Assembly (NCBI GenBank): GCA_964389365.1
Contig: CAYMDO010000008.1
Location: 5,231-69,230, forward strand
Length of the DNA: 64,000 bases
Reading direction: 5' to 3'
Origin: an uncultured Syntrophomonadaceae bacterium
GTDB lineage: Bacteria > Bacillota > Dethiobacteria > DTU022
The translations under genes were made by a program, and so were the position numbers. The notes beneath the pieces were generated by a model. It was not told the origin of the DNA. It saw only the letters and a program-made list of their open reading frames with translations, and made no database searches. Shown here one piece after another: positions 29,893-40,630 of the stretch. Numbering within the stretch: the stretch's first letter is position 1; every line of letters begins with the position of its first letter.

Positions 29893-31875
29893 TCAAGCCT
29901 GTTTTTCCAGTTCAAAGATCAGGTCGCGCAGCTCTGCCGCTCTTTCAAAAGCCAGCTCTCTCGATGCCTGGAGCATCTCTTTGCGCAATTTTTCGATCGC
30001 TGAGCGGCGTTTGGCTGCGGGCATTTCCCTGAACTGTTCGTCAATGTAGCGCCCCTCTTCCTCGGCTACTGCTGTGGCCTCGATCAGCCCGTAAACCGGT
30101 TTGACGATCGTCTGCGGCACGATACCGTTTTTTTCGTTATAGGCAACCTGCCGGCTGCGGCGGCGTTCGGTTTCTTCGATCGCCCGCTGCATGGAGGGCG
30201 TTGTTTCCTCGGCGTACATGATTACCCGGCCTTCAACATTGCGGGCGGTGCGGCCGATGGTCTGGATCAGCGACCGGTCGGAGCGCAGAAACCCTTCCTT
30301 ATCCGCATCAAGGATCGCCACCAGGGTCACCTCCGGCAGATCCAGGCCTTCGCGCAGCAGGTTAATCCCGATCAAAACGTCAAATTTGCCGAGGCGCAGC
30401 CCCCTGAGGATCGCCATCCGTTCAAGCGCACCGATATCGGAATGCATGTAACGCACCCTGATACCCATATTGCAGTAATAATCTGTCAGGTCTTCAGCCA
30501 TCCGCTTGGTCATGGTCGTCACCAGCACCCGCTGGTTTTTTTCCGCCCGGGACCTGATCTCGCCGTACAGGTCATCAACCTGGCCGATGGCCGGACGAAC
30601 CTCAACCTCCGGGTCGACCAAACCTGTAGGGCGTATAATCTGTTCCACCACCGCAGCGCTGTGCTCCAGCTCCCAGGGCCCCGGCGTTGCAGAAACCAGG
30701 ATTGCCTGGCTAATTAGGTTTTCAAATTCATCAAAACGAAGAGGCCGGTTGTCGAGCGCCGATGGCAGCCTGAACCCGTACTCTACCAGGTTGTTCTTAC
30801 GCGAATAATCCCCGCGGTACATTCCGTTGATCTGGGGGATGGTGATATGCGATTCATCAATTACCACCAATAAATCATCCGGGAAATAATCGAGCAGGGT
30901 CGCAGGCCTGCTGCCGGGCGGGCGGCCGTCAAGATGACGCGAATAATTTTCAATGCCGCTGCAGTAGCCGATTTCCTGCAGCATCTCCAGGTCGTAATTT
31001 GTGCGCTGTTCAAGGCGCTGGGCTTCGAGCAGCCGGTCACGGCCGCGGTAATATGCCAGCCGCTCCTGCAGCTCGGCTTCAATGTCACCGATCGACCGCT
31101 GCAGATGATCAGGTGCCGTCACATAGTGGGTTGTCGGGAAAATGGCCACATGCTCTCTTTCGCCGCTGACCCTGCCGCTGACCAGGTCAATCTCACGCAG
31201 TTTCTCAATTTCATCGCCGAACAGCTCCACCCGGATCGCCGACTCGGAGTAAGACGAGGGGATAATTTCAACCACATCGCCCCTTACCCGGAATGTGCCC
31301 CGGTGAAAGTCGATCTCGTTGCGCGTGTACTGGATATCAACCAGTCGCTCAATAATGTTGTCGCGGCTGATCCGCATGCCCAGGCGCAGTGAAAGAACCT
31401 GTTCCAGGTATTCCCGCGGAGAACCGAGCCCGTATATGCAGGATACTGAAGCAACAATCACCACATCACGGCGCTCCAGCAGGGCGCTTGTTGCCGAGTG
31501 GCGCAGCTTGTCAATCTCGTCGTTAATCGATGAATCTTTTTCAATATAAACATCGCTGGAGGGTAAATAGGCTTCCGGCTGGTAATAATCGTAATAGCTT
31601 ATAAAATACTCAACCGCATTATCAGGCATAAGTTCTTTAAACTCGCTGCAGAGTTGGGCGGCGAGAATTTTGTTTGGCGCCATCACCAGCGTCGGGCGCT
31701 GAACTTTTTCGATAACATTGGCAATGGTGAATGTTTTGCCCGAGCCGGTTACCCCGAGCAGGGTCTGGTAATTACAGCCCCGGCGCAAATTTTGCACCAG
31801 GGCTTCTATTGCTTCAGGCTGATCTCCGGAGGGCCGGTAATCAGCCTTGATTTTGAAAACGCCGTCTCCGGCCAC
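29893..31875 (-). CDS. uvrB: excinuclease ABC subunit B
   Basis: 660 aa. [15 protein letters not shown], helicase motifs and a C-terminal UVR domain. Confidence 0.96.
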   Translation of the reverse strand: MAGDGVFKIKADYRPSGDQPEAIEALVQNLRRGCNYQTLLGVTGSGKTFTIANVIEKVQRPTLVMAPNKILAAQLCSEFKELMPDNAVEYFISYYDYYQPEAYLPSSDVYIEKDSSINDEIDKLRHSATSALLERRDVVIVASVSCIYGLGSPREYLEQVLSLRLGMRISRDNIIERLVDIQYTRNEIDFHRGTFRVRGDVVEIIPSSYSESAIRVELFGDEIEKLREIDLVSGRVSGEREHVAIFPTTHYVTAPDHLQRSIGDIEAELQERLAYYRGRDRLLEAQRLEQRTNYDLEMLQEIGYCSGIENYSRHLDGRPPGSRPATLLDYFPDDLLVVIDESHITIPQINGMYRGDYSRKNNLVEYGFRLPSALDNRPLRFDEFENLISQAILVSATPGPWELEHSAAVVEQIIRPTGLVDPEVEVRPAIGQVDDLYGEIRSRAEKNQRVLVTTMTKRMAEDLTDYYCNMGIRVRYMHSDIGALERMAILRGLRLGKFDVLIGINLLREGLDLPEVTLVAILDADKEGFLRSDRSLIQTIGRTARNVEGRVIMYAEETTPSMQRAIEETERRRSRQVAYNEKNGIVPQTIVKPVYGLIEATAVAEEEGRYIDEQFREMPAAKRRSAIEKLRKEMLQASRELAFERAAELRDLIFELEKQA

Positions 31876-31943
31876 CGTCCCACCTCCAACAGCTTCTATT
31901 ATAGCACAGATTGGCCGCGCTTCTTAAGCGGTACGGCAGATAA

Positions 31944-32516
31944 TCAGCTGAAGAGGGCCGGGAGGGCTTCCCAAAAAATCATCACCAGGCCGACCAGGCA
32001 AAAGAGCGCGGCAGTGCCGATTCGCAGCCAGCGGGGATCAATCCTGGAGATCAAGCGGCTGCCGATATAGACGGCAATTAGGTGATTAAAGAACATAGCC
32101 AGCATCGCTCCGCCAAAGACGGCAACGGGATAACCGAACCCGGCAGCCAGGAATACGGCAGCCAGCTGGGTTTTATCACCGAACTCGGCCACAAAGACCA
32201 TTGCCATTGTACGGATAAAACCGTCGCGGCTGCTGCAGTCCTCCCGGGGCTGATCCGGGCGGCGGTAACTGAGGATGCCCATCACGATAAAGATCAGGCC
32301 GGATATAACAGCGATCAGGGCATGGGGCAGGTAAGCAGCTATAAAACCGCCTGCTGTTACCGCCATGCCGATCACTAAAGCCAGGGCAACCATAGCGCCG
32401 GCTAAGACCTGCAGCGGCGGGTAGCGGCAGGCCATAGAGAGGGAAACCAGCTGGGTTTTATCGCCGAACTCGGCCACAAATACTGTAATAAAAGCGGCTA
32501 ATGCTGCAGCAAACAT
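31944..32516 (-). CDS. UPF0016 (GDT1/TMEM165) family membrane protein, putative Mn2+/Ca2+ transporter
   Basis: 190 aa, polytopic, with two copies of the E-x-G-D-K-T motif (AEFGDKTQL twice). Confidence 0.8.
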   Translation of the reverse strand: MFAAALAAFITVFVAEFGDKTQLVSLSMACRYPPLQVLAGAMVALALVIGMAVTAGGFIAAYLPHALIAVISGLIFIVMGILSYRRPDQPREDCSSRDGFIRTMAMVFVAEFGDKTQLAAVFLAAGFGYPVAVFGGAMLAMFFNHLIAVYIGSRLISRIDPRWLRIGTAALFCLVGLVMIFWEALPALFS

Positions 32517-32556
32517 GATATGCCTCCGATCGGCAACCGGCTGAATTTTGATGTTA

Positions 32557-33942
32557 TCAACGCATAGCCTTCAGGAACAAAGCCTTTACACGATTTAACA
32601 GCAGCTTCGGGTGCTTCATAAGGTCGGGTTTTTTGATTTCTGCATAAACCTGCGAATCGGCGGCCGGAACCGGGATCATCCCCAGCGCCGCCGCGTGGTG
32701 CAGCGGGTTATTTTCAGCTTTTTCCTGCCCCCGCGGCACAGGTGGATAATCGGCCTTTCCGGTTTCAGCGGGCTTTTTCTTCAAAACATATGAAAACTGA
32801 CCAACTCCCCTTTTGCCTTCGATCAGCACCAGGAAATAACTGTCTTCGATGGCCTGCAGCAAATCGGTGCTGCTGCGGACAGGATTGCCGTTTACCCGGC
32901 AGATCAGGTCATCTGCGGACAGCCCCGCTTCAGCGGCAGCGCTGCCCCGGATAACATGCATCAACGGCACACCCTCCGTCGCCTGCCCGTATCGTGGCAC
33001 TGCTTTTTCTTCCCGCATATTGCCAAGCAAAATCAGCATTTCATGGCCCAGCGGCGCAAATATGACACCGGGGACAACTAACAACGGCAGGTATTCTGCG
33101 GCAATGGCCATCGCCAGGAGGATGACGCTGTAAAGGGCCAGCCATCTAGCGGAAAAAGCGCTGCGTTCACGCGGGGTTGAGGTCAGCGCAAGATCGGCAT
33201 AGCCAAGCCCGGCAGCAACGGGAATCAACATATACTGCAAGCTCTGGCCCTCACCGGGCTGCAGGGTCGCTTTTAAGATCGGCCACCACTGCGGCATACT
33301 GACCCCGGCAAGCTCCGATTGCATGACCACCGTAACCATTAAAGCCACCAGGGGCAACGGCCAGAAGCGCTGCAGGGAAAAGGCGCCCACAATCGTGCCG
33401 TTTTTGCGCTTCAGGTAAAGCGGGCTGCTGCCGAGGTGCCCCCCGAAAAAGATCAGTGCCGCCTCGACCAAGTGCAGAAGGCCGACCAAGACCAGCAGTG
33501 CGGGTATATGTATCTGCAGCAGGCTGTCAACAACGCTGTTGGCTGCCAGCCCGGGCGCCTGCGGCACGATCAGGTGGCGAACAGCCAAAACAGCTGTTGC
33601 GACAATGCCCCCGGCATAGGAAAAGCAGAGATAACGCGGGTTGATCAAAAGCAGCATCAACGCTACGGGCCATACAAAATAAAGCCCGATCTGTTCCAGG
33701 GAAAGGCCTAATAAAAGTAAAACCGCGCTCGCCAAAAGCCCGCCGGGCAGGCCGAGGCCGATCGAAATCAGCACCTGCCGGCCAGTTTTGTTGAGCGGAC
33801 GGCCAAACAGTTTCACCTCCAGCGCCGCCACCCTCCTGTACTGCATCATGATCAGGAAAAGTACGACCCAGAAGATCGGCGTGAATAACGAAACCAGAAA
33901 GGTGGCCAGGAAAATACTGCCAACATCAATAAGGCTCTGCAT
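32557..33942 (-). CDS. polytopic membrane protein with C-terminal PDZ domain (MinJ-like)
   Basis: 461 aa, multi-TM, followed by a PDZ-like segment (..GSAAAEAGLSADDLICRVNGNPV..). It occupies the same position relative to ctpB/ftsEX as B. subtilis minJ (synteny recalled from memory). Confidence 0.55.
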   Translation of the reverse strand: MQSLIDVGSIFLATFLVSLFTPIFWVVLFLIMMQYRRVAALEVKLFGRPLNKTGRQVLISIGLGLPGGLLASAVLLLLGLSLEQIGLYFVWPVALMLLLINPRYLCFSYAGGIVATAVLAVRHLIVPQAPGLAANSVVDSLLQIHIPALLVLVGLLHLVEAALIFFGGHLGSSPLYLKRKNGTIVGAFSLQRFWPLPLVALMVTVVMQSELAGVSMPQWWPILKATLQPGEGQSLQYMLIPVAAGLGYADLALTSTPRERSAFSARWLALYSVILLAMAIAAEYLPLLVVPGVIFAPLGHEMLILLGNMREEKAVPRYGQATEGVPLMHVIRGSAAAEAGLSADDLICRVNGNPVRSSTDLLQAIEDSYFLVLIEGKRGVGQFSYVLKKKPAETGKADYPPVPRGQEKAENNPLHHAAALGMIPVPAADSQVYAEIKKPDLMKHPKLLLNRVKALFLKAMR

Positions 33943-33945
33943 CGG

Positions 33946-35421
33946 TTAATCACTGCCTCCGGTAATATTCCTGAGTCCCGGTTTTTTGATCAGTTCCACG
34001 GCATAATTCAGCTGTTCATCATTATCCCTGGCTGCCAGGTCAAGCGCCTCCCGCAGTTCGACCCAGGTCAGGTCGTCGAACTTGCCGCTGCCGGGCAGGC
34101 CTGAGGCAATCTGAAAATTGGTCAGGGCAATACCGGTTGAAAGATCAAAATATCCGCTCGCTTCCACCGGAAAGCCAATCTGGTCAAGCATCAGCTGCAG
34201 CATCTCCACTTCAAGCCCGTAATCGCCCTGCTCCAGGCTTCCCGGGAAAAAGTAATTGTAATAAAGCAGAATCTCGGGCATCTCCACCTCGAAATCCGGC
34301 ACGATCCCGTTTTCGTGAATGTCATGGCCTGAAGGGGTAAAGTAGCGGGCGATGGTCAGTAAAATGCCGCTGCCGCCGGTCAGGTTGGCCAACTGCTGCA
34401 CCGAAGCTTTGCCGTAGGTGGTTTTGCCCACCAGGAGGGCGGCATCCCGATCCTGCAGCGCCCCAGCCAACAGCTCGGACGAGCTGGCTGAATCTTCATT
34501 GATCAGTACTACAACCGGGTAAGGTTTCTTTACCGCGCTTGAATAGTAAGTATTGTGCACAACTCCGTCCCTGCCTACCAGCCTGACGATCTCCCCTTCA
34601 GGCACGAGCAGCTTGGCAATCTCAACAGCCTGATCAACCAAGCCGCCCGGATTGTTGCGCAGGTCCAGTATTAACCCCACCCCGAGGCCGCGCTTTTCCA
34701 TTTCGTGGAACTGGGAGCGGAATTCATCCGCAGTATGACTGTCAAAACTGCTGATCCGGATATAGCCGAGGCCGTCGTCCAGCATTTCACTAAATACTGT
34801 TGCTACTTTTATTTCAGCCCGGTCGACGGTTAATTTAACCGGTTCATCCGCACCCGGCCTTTTAACCAGCATTTCAACAGGCACCCGTGCCGGGCCGCGC
34901 AGCAGCTCAACTGCCCGGCTCACCCCCTGGTTAGTCAGCTCGACGCCGTCAGCTTCCAGCAGGAAATCCCCCGGGGCTATGCCGCTCTGCTGGGCCGGAG
35001 AATCGGGAAAAACTTCGAAGACTACAATCAAGCCGTTGCTCTCCACGATCCTCACCCCAATGCCGCTGTAAGAGCCTTCAGTGTCGGTCATGAATGCATC
35101 AAGTTCCCCGGGGTCGAAAAAGCGGACCTGGGGATCGCCGATGCTGTCAATCATGCCCCTGAGGGCCCCTTCAATCAGTACTTCTTTCTCAACCGGCGAG
35201 AAATAATATTCCGTGATGGTATAGAGCGCCTCCTGGACCACCGTCAGCCCCGCGTCAAAATCGCGCCGGGGAGGCTCGTACTTGATCACTGTCGGCTCAG
35301 TGCCGGTCCCCTGTCCTGCCCGGCCTGAAGCCAGGTAATATGTCGCCAGGTTGGTACCGATCAGCACCAGCAGGCTGATGATCAGCACCCGCAAGATTAA
35401 CTTTTTATTGATTTCAACCAT
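33946..35421 (-). CDS. S41 carboxy-terminal processing protease with C-terminal peptidoglycan-binding repeat
   Basis: N-terminal anchor, PDZ (..SPAQQSGIAPGDFLLEADG..), S41 core (..SASSSELLAGAL..TYGK..) and a PG_binding_1-like tail (..TNFQIASGLPGSGKFD..). Confidence 0.9.
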   Translation of the reverse strand: MVEINKKLILRVLIISLLVLIGTNLATYYLASGRAGQGTGTEPTVIKYEPPRRDFDAGLTVVQEALYTITEYYFSPVEKEVLIEGALRGMIDSIGDPQVRFFDPGELDAFMTDTEGSYSGIGVRIVESNGLIVVFEVFPDSPAQQSGIAPGDFLLEADGVELTNQGVSRAVELLRGPARVPVEMLVKRPGADEPVKLTVDRAEIKVATVFSEMLDDGLGYIRISSFDSHTADEFRSQFHEMEKRGLGVGLILDLRNNPGGLVDQAVEIAKLLVPEGEIVRLVGRDGVVHNTYYSSAVKKPYPVVVLINEDSASSSELLAGALQDRDAALLVGKTTYGKASVQQLANLTGGSGILLTIARYFTPSGHDIHENGIVPDFEVEMPEILLYYNYFFPGSLEQGDYGLEVEMLQLMLDQIGFPVEASGYFDLSTGIALTNFQIASGLPGSGKFDDLTWVELREALDLAARDNDEQLNYAVELIKKPGLRNITGGSD

Positions 35422-35496
35422 CTATGTCAGCTCCCGCAATCAATATTAGATTATACGTTCATTTAAAACAGGGCTACCGGAATTTATCATAACATA

Positions 35497-35517
35497 AAAA
35501 AACCGTCATGGAGACGG
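35497..35517 (-). terminator. possible terminator downstream of the M23 peptidase gene
   Basis: On the minus strand ccgtc-tccat-gacgg is followed by T7. The stem is short (5 bp). Confidence 0.4.
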
Positions 35518-35590
35518 GCGTTCCCATAATAAGCCCTCCCCGGGGGAAGGCCTGATCAGGTTTTGTTCAAACTGTTCAATAAAAAAAACT

Positions 35591-36793
35591 TTAAAAGTAG
35601 CTCATCGGGTTGTAGCGGTGATCGTAGCCGCCGCCGGGGTAGCTGCGCACCGAAGGCTTGTTGTATTCCCTGACCTCGAAGTGCAGGTGGACGCCTGTGC
35701 TGTAACCGGTTGTTCCGGCGCGGGCGATACGCTGTCCCCGGGTGACCACCTCTCCAACCACGACGGACAGGCTGCTCATGTGCGCATATAGTGTTACAGT
35801 ACCATTACCGTGATCGATCATCAGGCAGTTGCCATAACCGCCGTTCCAACCGGCAAAGATAACCTGCCCTTCGGCCGCCGCCAGGATGTAATTGGCCGCG
35901 CCGTTGTGCGGCGCAATATCGACCCCGCCATGCCAGGCCTGGGCCCCGCTGAACGGGTCGCGGCGCCAGCCGTAATTGGAGCTGATCCAGGTCGGGGGTT
36001 CAATCGGCCACTGCAGCGCTCCCTGCAGGCCTGAAAACTTACTGGCTGCTTCGGCGATCAGCTTGCGGATCAGGGCATCAAGCTGCTGCGCCTCACGCTC
36101 CAGGTCGTTGATCGCTTTCAGGTTGGCGGCGATTTCAACTTCCAGTGACCCGAGGATCACCACTCTCTCCCCGGCAGCACTCTCCAGCGCCTGCTCATTC
36201 TCCGCAACCTGGCGCCGCATATTCTCCAGCTTCGCTTTCTTTAGCTCCAGCTCTTCTTTGCGAGCCTGAATTATGTCGCGCTCCCGCTTAATCTCTTCGA
36301 TCAGGTCCAGATCGTTGCCGGCTATAGTGCTTAGACTGTGCAGGCGGGTCAGGAAATCCGGAAAGCTGATCGATTCGAAGAGTACTTCGAGGTAAGATAC
36401 AACACCTTGCTGCTGAATCGCCCGTAAGCGGAGCTTAAGCAGGTCTTCCTGTTTTTTCAGCTGCGCTTCAGCAGCAGCCAGCTCCGCTTCGGCCTGCTCG
36501 ATATCCTGCCTGACTGCAGCAATTTGCACAGCCAGCTTTTCCTGCTCCAGGCGCAGCTCTTCGACCCTGTATTCCAGTTGCTTTAGCTCTTCTTTAAGCG
36601 CTGCCTCGCGGTTCAGGCGCAGTTCGAGGGCGTTTTTCTGATCCCGGCGCCGCTTTTCGATCTCTTCCAGTTCCTGCTGTTTTGCCTTAATTTCTTCGGT
36701 TGCCACGGCAAAAACCGGGGCTGCAAGAGAAAAGATCAGCAAAGCCGCACACAGCATGATCACCGCGCGAACCAGGTTCCATCTTTTCATCAT
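35591..36793 (-). CDS. coiled-coil M23 family metallopeptidase (EnvC/PcsB-like partner of FtsEX)
   Basis: Signal anchor, about 230 aa of heptad-rich coiled coil, and a C-terminal LytM domain (HGGVDIAP .. GYSTGVHLHFEV). GGAGGA lies 5 nt before ATG 36793. It is immediately downstream of ftsX. Confidence 0.85.
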   Translation of the reverse strand: MMKRWNLVRAVIMLCAALLIFSLAAPVFAVATEEIKAKQQELEEIEKRRRDQKNALELRLNREAALKEELKQLEYRVEELRLEQEKLAVQIAAVRQDIEQAEAELAAAEAQLKKQEDLLKLRLRAIQQQGVVSYLEVLFESISFPDFLTRLHSLSTIAGNDLDLIEEIKRERDIIQARKEELELKKAKLENMRRQVAENEQALESAAGERVVILGSLEVEIAANLKAINDLEREAQQLDALIRKLIAEAASKFSGLQGALQWPIEPPTWISSNYGWRRDPFSGAQAWHGGVDIAPHNGAANYILAAAEGQVIFAGWNGGYGNCLMIDHGNGTVTLYAHMSSLSVVVGEVVTRGQRIARAGTTGYSTGVHLHFEVREYNKPSVRSYPGGGYDHRYNPMSYF

Positions 36794-36895
36794 GCGAATC
36801 CTCCAGACAAGGGGACGTTTCATTCGTCTTCCCTCCGGACATTAGCTGCGCTGCGTTGATGCTTGAACCGTCCAAATAGACACCGCTTATTTCAA

Positions 36896-37783
36896 TTATA
36901 CCTTCAAAAACCGGCCGATCGAAAAGACGCTGCCCAGAATACCCAGCCCGATACCAAGAGGCAGGAGGTACCTGCCCACTTCAATAATTACTTCCCGCAG
37001 GGGAAGCATGCTGATAAAAGCGAGGTTATTGATCGCCACCCAATCCAGGGCATACTGGTACAGGTAATAAAGCGCAACCAGGGGGATAATGGCCCCCACC
37101 AATCCCATCAACAGCCCTTCAAGGATAAAGGGCCAGCGTATAAACCAGTTCGTGGCTCCCACATATTTCATAATCGCAATTTCTTTCTTTCGCATCATTA
37201 CCGTCAGGCCGATAGTATGCGAAATCAGGAAAACTGCCGCTGCCGATAAACCGATCATTAAAGCCAGGCCCAGAAGCTGTAAAACCCTGGCTACTGAAAA
37301 AAGGTCCTCAATATAATCCTGACCGTAAAAAACCTCGCTCACGCCGGGGTAGCGCTCAATCTCAGCCGCCAGGGCTGAGATATTTTCCGGTACGGCCGCA
37401 CGCACCTCGAAGGAGGCCAGGAGCGGGTTATCCAGCTCGGTATCGTAACCCTCGAGCACGCCGCCCAGCTGACGGCGCAAGCGTTCCATATGTTCCTCGC
37501 TCGAAACGTAACGGGCTTCAAGCACCCCGGGGTTTTCCTCAAGCTTTTGCCGGAGGCCGGCCACCATAGTGCTGTCGGCCTGATCATCAATGTAAGCAAC
37601 TATTTCGACCTGCTCTTTGGCCATCCCGGTGATGTGGGCTACATTCAGGCTGAGCAGCATAAAGATCCCCAGCATCAGCAGGGTAACCGCCACCGACCCG
37701 GTCGAAGTGACGCACATCCAGCGGTTGCGGAAAAGCCCTTTAAAAGATTCACGCAGCACATAACCAATACCGCTAATGAACAT
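36896..37783 (-). CDS. ftsX: cell division ABC transporter permease FtsX
   Basis: FtsX topology (TM1, large extracellular loop, three C-terminal TMs). The start is uncertain: ATG 37783 or 37807, both overlapping the end of ftsE. Confidence 0.85.
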   Translation of the reverse strand: MFISGIGYVLRESFKGLFRNRWMCVTSTGSVAVTLLMLGIFMLLSLNVAHITGMAKEQVEIVAYIDDQADSTMVAGLRQKLEENPGVLEARYVSSEEHMERLRRQLGGVLEGYDTELDNPLLASFEVRAAVPENISALAAEIERYPGVSEVFYGQDYIEDLFSVARVLQLLGLALMIGLSAAAVFLISHTIGLTVMMRKKEIAIMKYVGATNWFIRWPFILEGLLMGLVGAIIPLVALYYLYQYALDWVAINNLAFISMLPLREVIIEVGRYLLPLGIGLGILGSVFSIGRFLKV

Positions 37784-38462
37784 GGGTATAAAACCCTTTC
37801 TGTTCATCCCCGACCATCCGCCCACCATCAAGGTAGATAACCCGTTTCTTGAAGAGATTAACGATCTCACGGTTATGAGTGGCCACCAGCACAGTGGTTC
37901 CCCGCAGATTGATACTGCGCAGCAGGTTCATAATATCGAGGGTGGTCCCGGGGTCAAGGTTGCCTGTTGGTTCATCGGCCACGATCAACGCCGGCCTGTT
38001 TGCCAGGGCCCTGGCTAGGCCTACACGCTGCTGCTCCCCTCCGGAGAGATCGCAGACCTTTGCTTTGGCTTTGTCTTCGAGCCCGACCAGGGTCAGCACC
38101 TGGGGCACTCTTTTATGGATTTCCCGCTGGGGAGAGCCGGTGACCATCATCGCAAATGCCACATTGTCATGAACCGTACGGCCTTCAATCAGGCGGAAGT
38201 CCTGAAAGACCATACCAATATTACGGCGCAGAAAGGGGAGTTTGCGCTGCGGCAGGCGCCCAACATCGCGGTTAAATACTTTCAGGCTGCCGGTTGAAGG
38301 GGTCAGCTCGCGGATAATCAGCTTAAGCAAAGTTGATTTGCCCGCACCGCTCGAGCCGACAAAAAAAGCAAACTCGCCCCGATCGATGAAGAAAGATATG
38401 TCGCTGAGGGCGTACAGCCCGTTTTTGCTATATTTCATACACACGTTCTTAGCTTCAATCAT
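37773..38462 (-). CDS. ftsE: cell division ATP-binding protein FtsE
   Basis: [30 protein letters not shown]. 229 aa. Confidence 0.93.
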   Translation of the reverse strand: MIEAKNVCMKYSKNGLYALSDISFFIDRGEFAFFVGSSGAGKSTLLKLIIRELTPSTGSLKVFNRDVGRLPQRKLPFLRRNIGMVFQDFRLIEGRTVHDNVAFAMMVTGSPQREIHKRVPQVLTLVGLEDKAKAKVCDLSGGEQQRVGLARALANRPALIVADEPTGNLDPGTTLDIMNLLRSINLRGTTVLVATHNREIVNLFKKRVIYLDGGRMVGDEQKGFYTHVH

Positions 38463-38594
38463 CTCAGTCAGCCTTCCCGTGTATTAATCTTTAACCATTT
38501 ATTAAATATCTTCTCAGTGCAGGAAAAATAATCCTGCTCACTATTTTATTCTATTTTTACTTTTTTTGCAAATCATTGAACGGCGCGTTGGACT

Positions 38595-39467
38595 TTACCC
38601 CTGCTGCATCTTTTGGAAACCCTCGCCGTGAACTTCCGTTGCGTTGCCGATAATGACAAAGGCGTCGGGGTCAATATCCCTGATAATCGCCTTTAAGCTG
38701 GCTATCTGCTGACGGGTTACCACACAGAGCAGCACTTCCCTCGCCTGCCCGGTATACCCGCCGTGGCCTTCCAGCCAGGTAACGCCCCGGCCCAGCTCGT
38801 AGAGCAGTTTTTCGTTAATCGCCTCACCGTTCCCGGTAATAATGATCACGGACTTGGCCAAACCGAGGCCTTCAAGGATACCGTCCACCACTTTTACGCT
38901 TACAAAAAGGGCCACCGCCGCATACATTGCCGCCTCGCTGCCAAAGACAAAGATTGCCGCTGCCAAAACCACAAGATCGCCCCACAGCATTGCCTGGCCG
39001 GGTGAAATGCCCCTGGCCTTTGCCAAAATCAGCGAGAGCAGCCCGGTGCCGCCGGTTGACCCACGGTAGCGGAAAACCAGGCCGACCCCCACACCCATCA
39101 CCACTCCGCCGTAAACCGAAGCCAGCAGCAGATCATCGGTGGCTGCCGGCAGATAGGGTGCAGATAATTCAACTGCAATCGAGAAAAGAAAAGTGCCAAG
39201 CAGGCTCTGGATCACTATCCGCGGCCCGAGCACCAGGTAGCCGGCAATAAAAAGCGGTATGTTAAGCAGAATTATAGTCGCGCCTACAGGCAGGCGGAAG
39301 AGGTGGTAAAGCACTACGGCCAGGCCGCTGATCCCCCCCGGTGCCAGCATGTTGGGGATCATGAACATATTCATACCTACGGCCAGGATCACCGACCCGA
39401 CCAGGATGCCTGAAAAATCGATCAGCGCTGTTCTGATGGAAGCACGGCTGGGTTTTTGTATTTTCAT
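38595..39467 (-). CDS. YitT-family membrane protein (DUF2179 C-terminal domain; YvjA-like)
   Basis: 290 aa. Five or six TM segments, then a soluble C-terminal domain. It occupies the same position as B. subtilis yvjA upstream of... next to prfB. Confidence 0.8.
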   Translation of the reverse strand: MKIQKPSRASIRTALIDFSGILVGSVILAVGMNMFMIPNMLAPGGISGLAVVLYHLFRLPVGATIILLNIPLFIAGYLVLGPRIVIQSLLGTFLFSIAVELSAPYLPAATDDLLLASVYGGVVMGVGVGLVFRYRGSTGGTGLLSLILAKARGISPGQAMLWGDLVVLAAAIFVFGSEAAMYAAVALFVSVKVVDGILEGLGLAKSVIIITGNGEAINEKLLYELGRGVTWLEGHGGYTGQAREVLLCVVTRQQIASLKAIIRDIDPDAFVIIGNATEVHGEGFQKMQQG

Positions 39468-39479
39468 CTTTCGCTGCTC

Positions 39480-40620
39480 CTATTTCTTCAGAGGAATCAT
39501 CCCGCGCGCTTTCCAGCGCAGGTACGCTTCGATAAATGGATCAAGCAGGCCGTCCATAACCGCCTCGACCTGCCCCACCTCGGTGCCGGTCCTGTGATCC
39601 TTAACCAGGGTAAAGGGGTGGAAAGTATAGGTACGGAACTGGCTGCCAAAACCAATTTCACGTTGCTGGCCTCTCTCGGCGTTAATCTCTTCAGCCTGTT
39701 CGCGCCGCGCTATCTCAGCCAGGCGAGCCTGCAGCACATGCATCGCCTGCTGGCGGTTGGCATGCTGGGAGCGGTCATTCTGGCAGCTTACGACAGTACC
39801 GGTAGGCAGGTGGGTAATGCGCACTGCCGAATCGGTTTTATTCACATGCTGGCCGCCGGCCCCGCTGGCCCTGAAAGTGTCGATCTTCAAGTCTTCCGGG
39901 TTAATAACAAAATCTTCTTCTTCAACTTCCGGAATCACGTCGACCGAGGCAAAAGATGTATGACGCCGCTTAGAGGTGTCAAAAGGCGAAATGCGGATCA
40001 TGCGGTGAACCCCTTTTTCAGCCTGCAGGTAGCCGTATGCAGCATGGCCGCGCACGATAAAGGTGGCGCTTTTAATACCGGCTTCATCGTCGGTTAAAAG
40101 ATCCACCAGTTCGACCGTGAAGCCTTTCTGCTCGCACCAGCGCATGTACATCCTGAGCAGCATTTCCGCCCAGTCCTGCGACTCAAGCCCTCCGGCGCCG
40201 GGATGCAGGGCCACAATCGCATCATTTAAATCATAGCTGCCGCTGAAGAGGGTTTCCAGTTCCAGCTGATCCAGCTTTTCAGCAATCTCGCGCAGGATCG
40301 GGTCTGCTTCCCGGACAGCTTCCTGTTCGGCGGCTTCTTCTTCAGCAGCTAGCTCGAGAAAGATTTCCGCCTCCCCGATCAGTTTATCCAGATCCTGCAC
40401 CGGGCGCACCTGTTCGCGCAGGGCCCCCATTTTTTTCATCTGTTCCTGGGCCCGGGCGCTGTCCTCCCAAAATTCGGGCTTGACCGTTTCCGCTTCCAGG
40501 GCTGCCAGATCGTGCAGTTTCAGTTCAAATTCAAAGAGAAACCCTCATTTCTTCCAGCCGCTCCCGGTGGAGGGCCAGTTGTTCAAGATTTTCCTTCAGC
40601 ATTTGATCACCATCTTTCAT
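39480..40620 (-). CDS. prfB: peptide chain release factor 2, requiring a programmed +1 frameshift
   Basis: ORF0 runs ATG 40620 .. CTT TGA (TGA at 40531-40533), giving 29 codons ending ..RVSL. The +1 frame continues EFELKLHDLAALEAETVKPEFWED.. into ORF 39480..40439, which carries the SPF and GGQ (RASGAGGQHVN) motifs. An SD-like GAGGG lies upstream of CTT TGA. Confidence 0.93.
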
Positions 40621-40630
40621 AATCTAAAGA

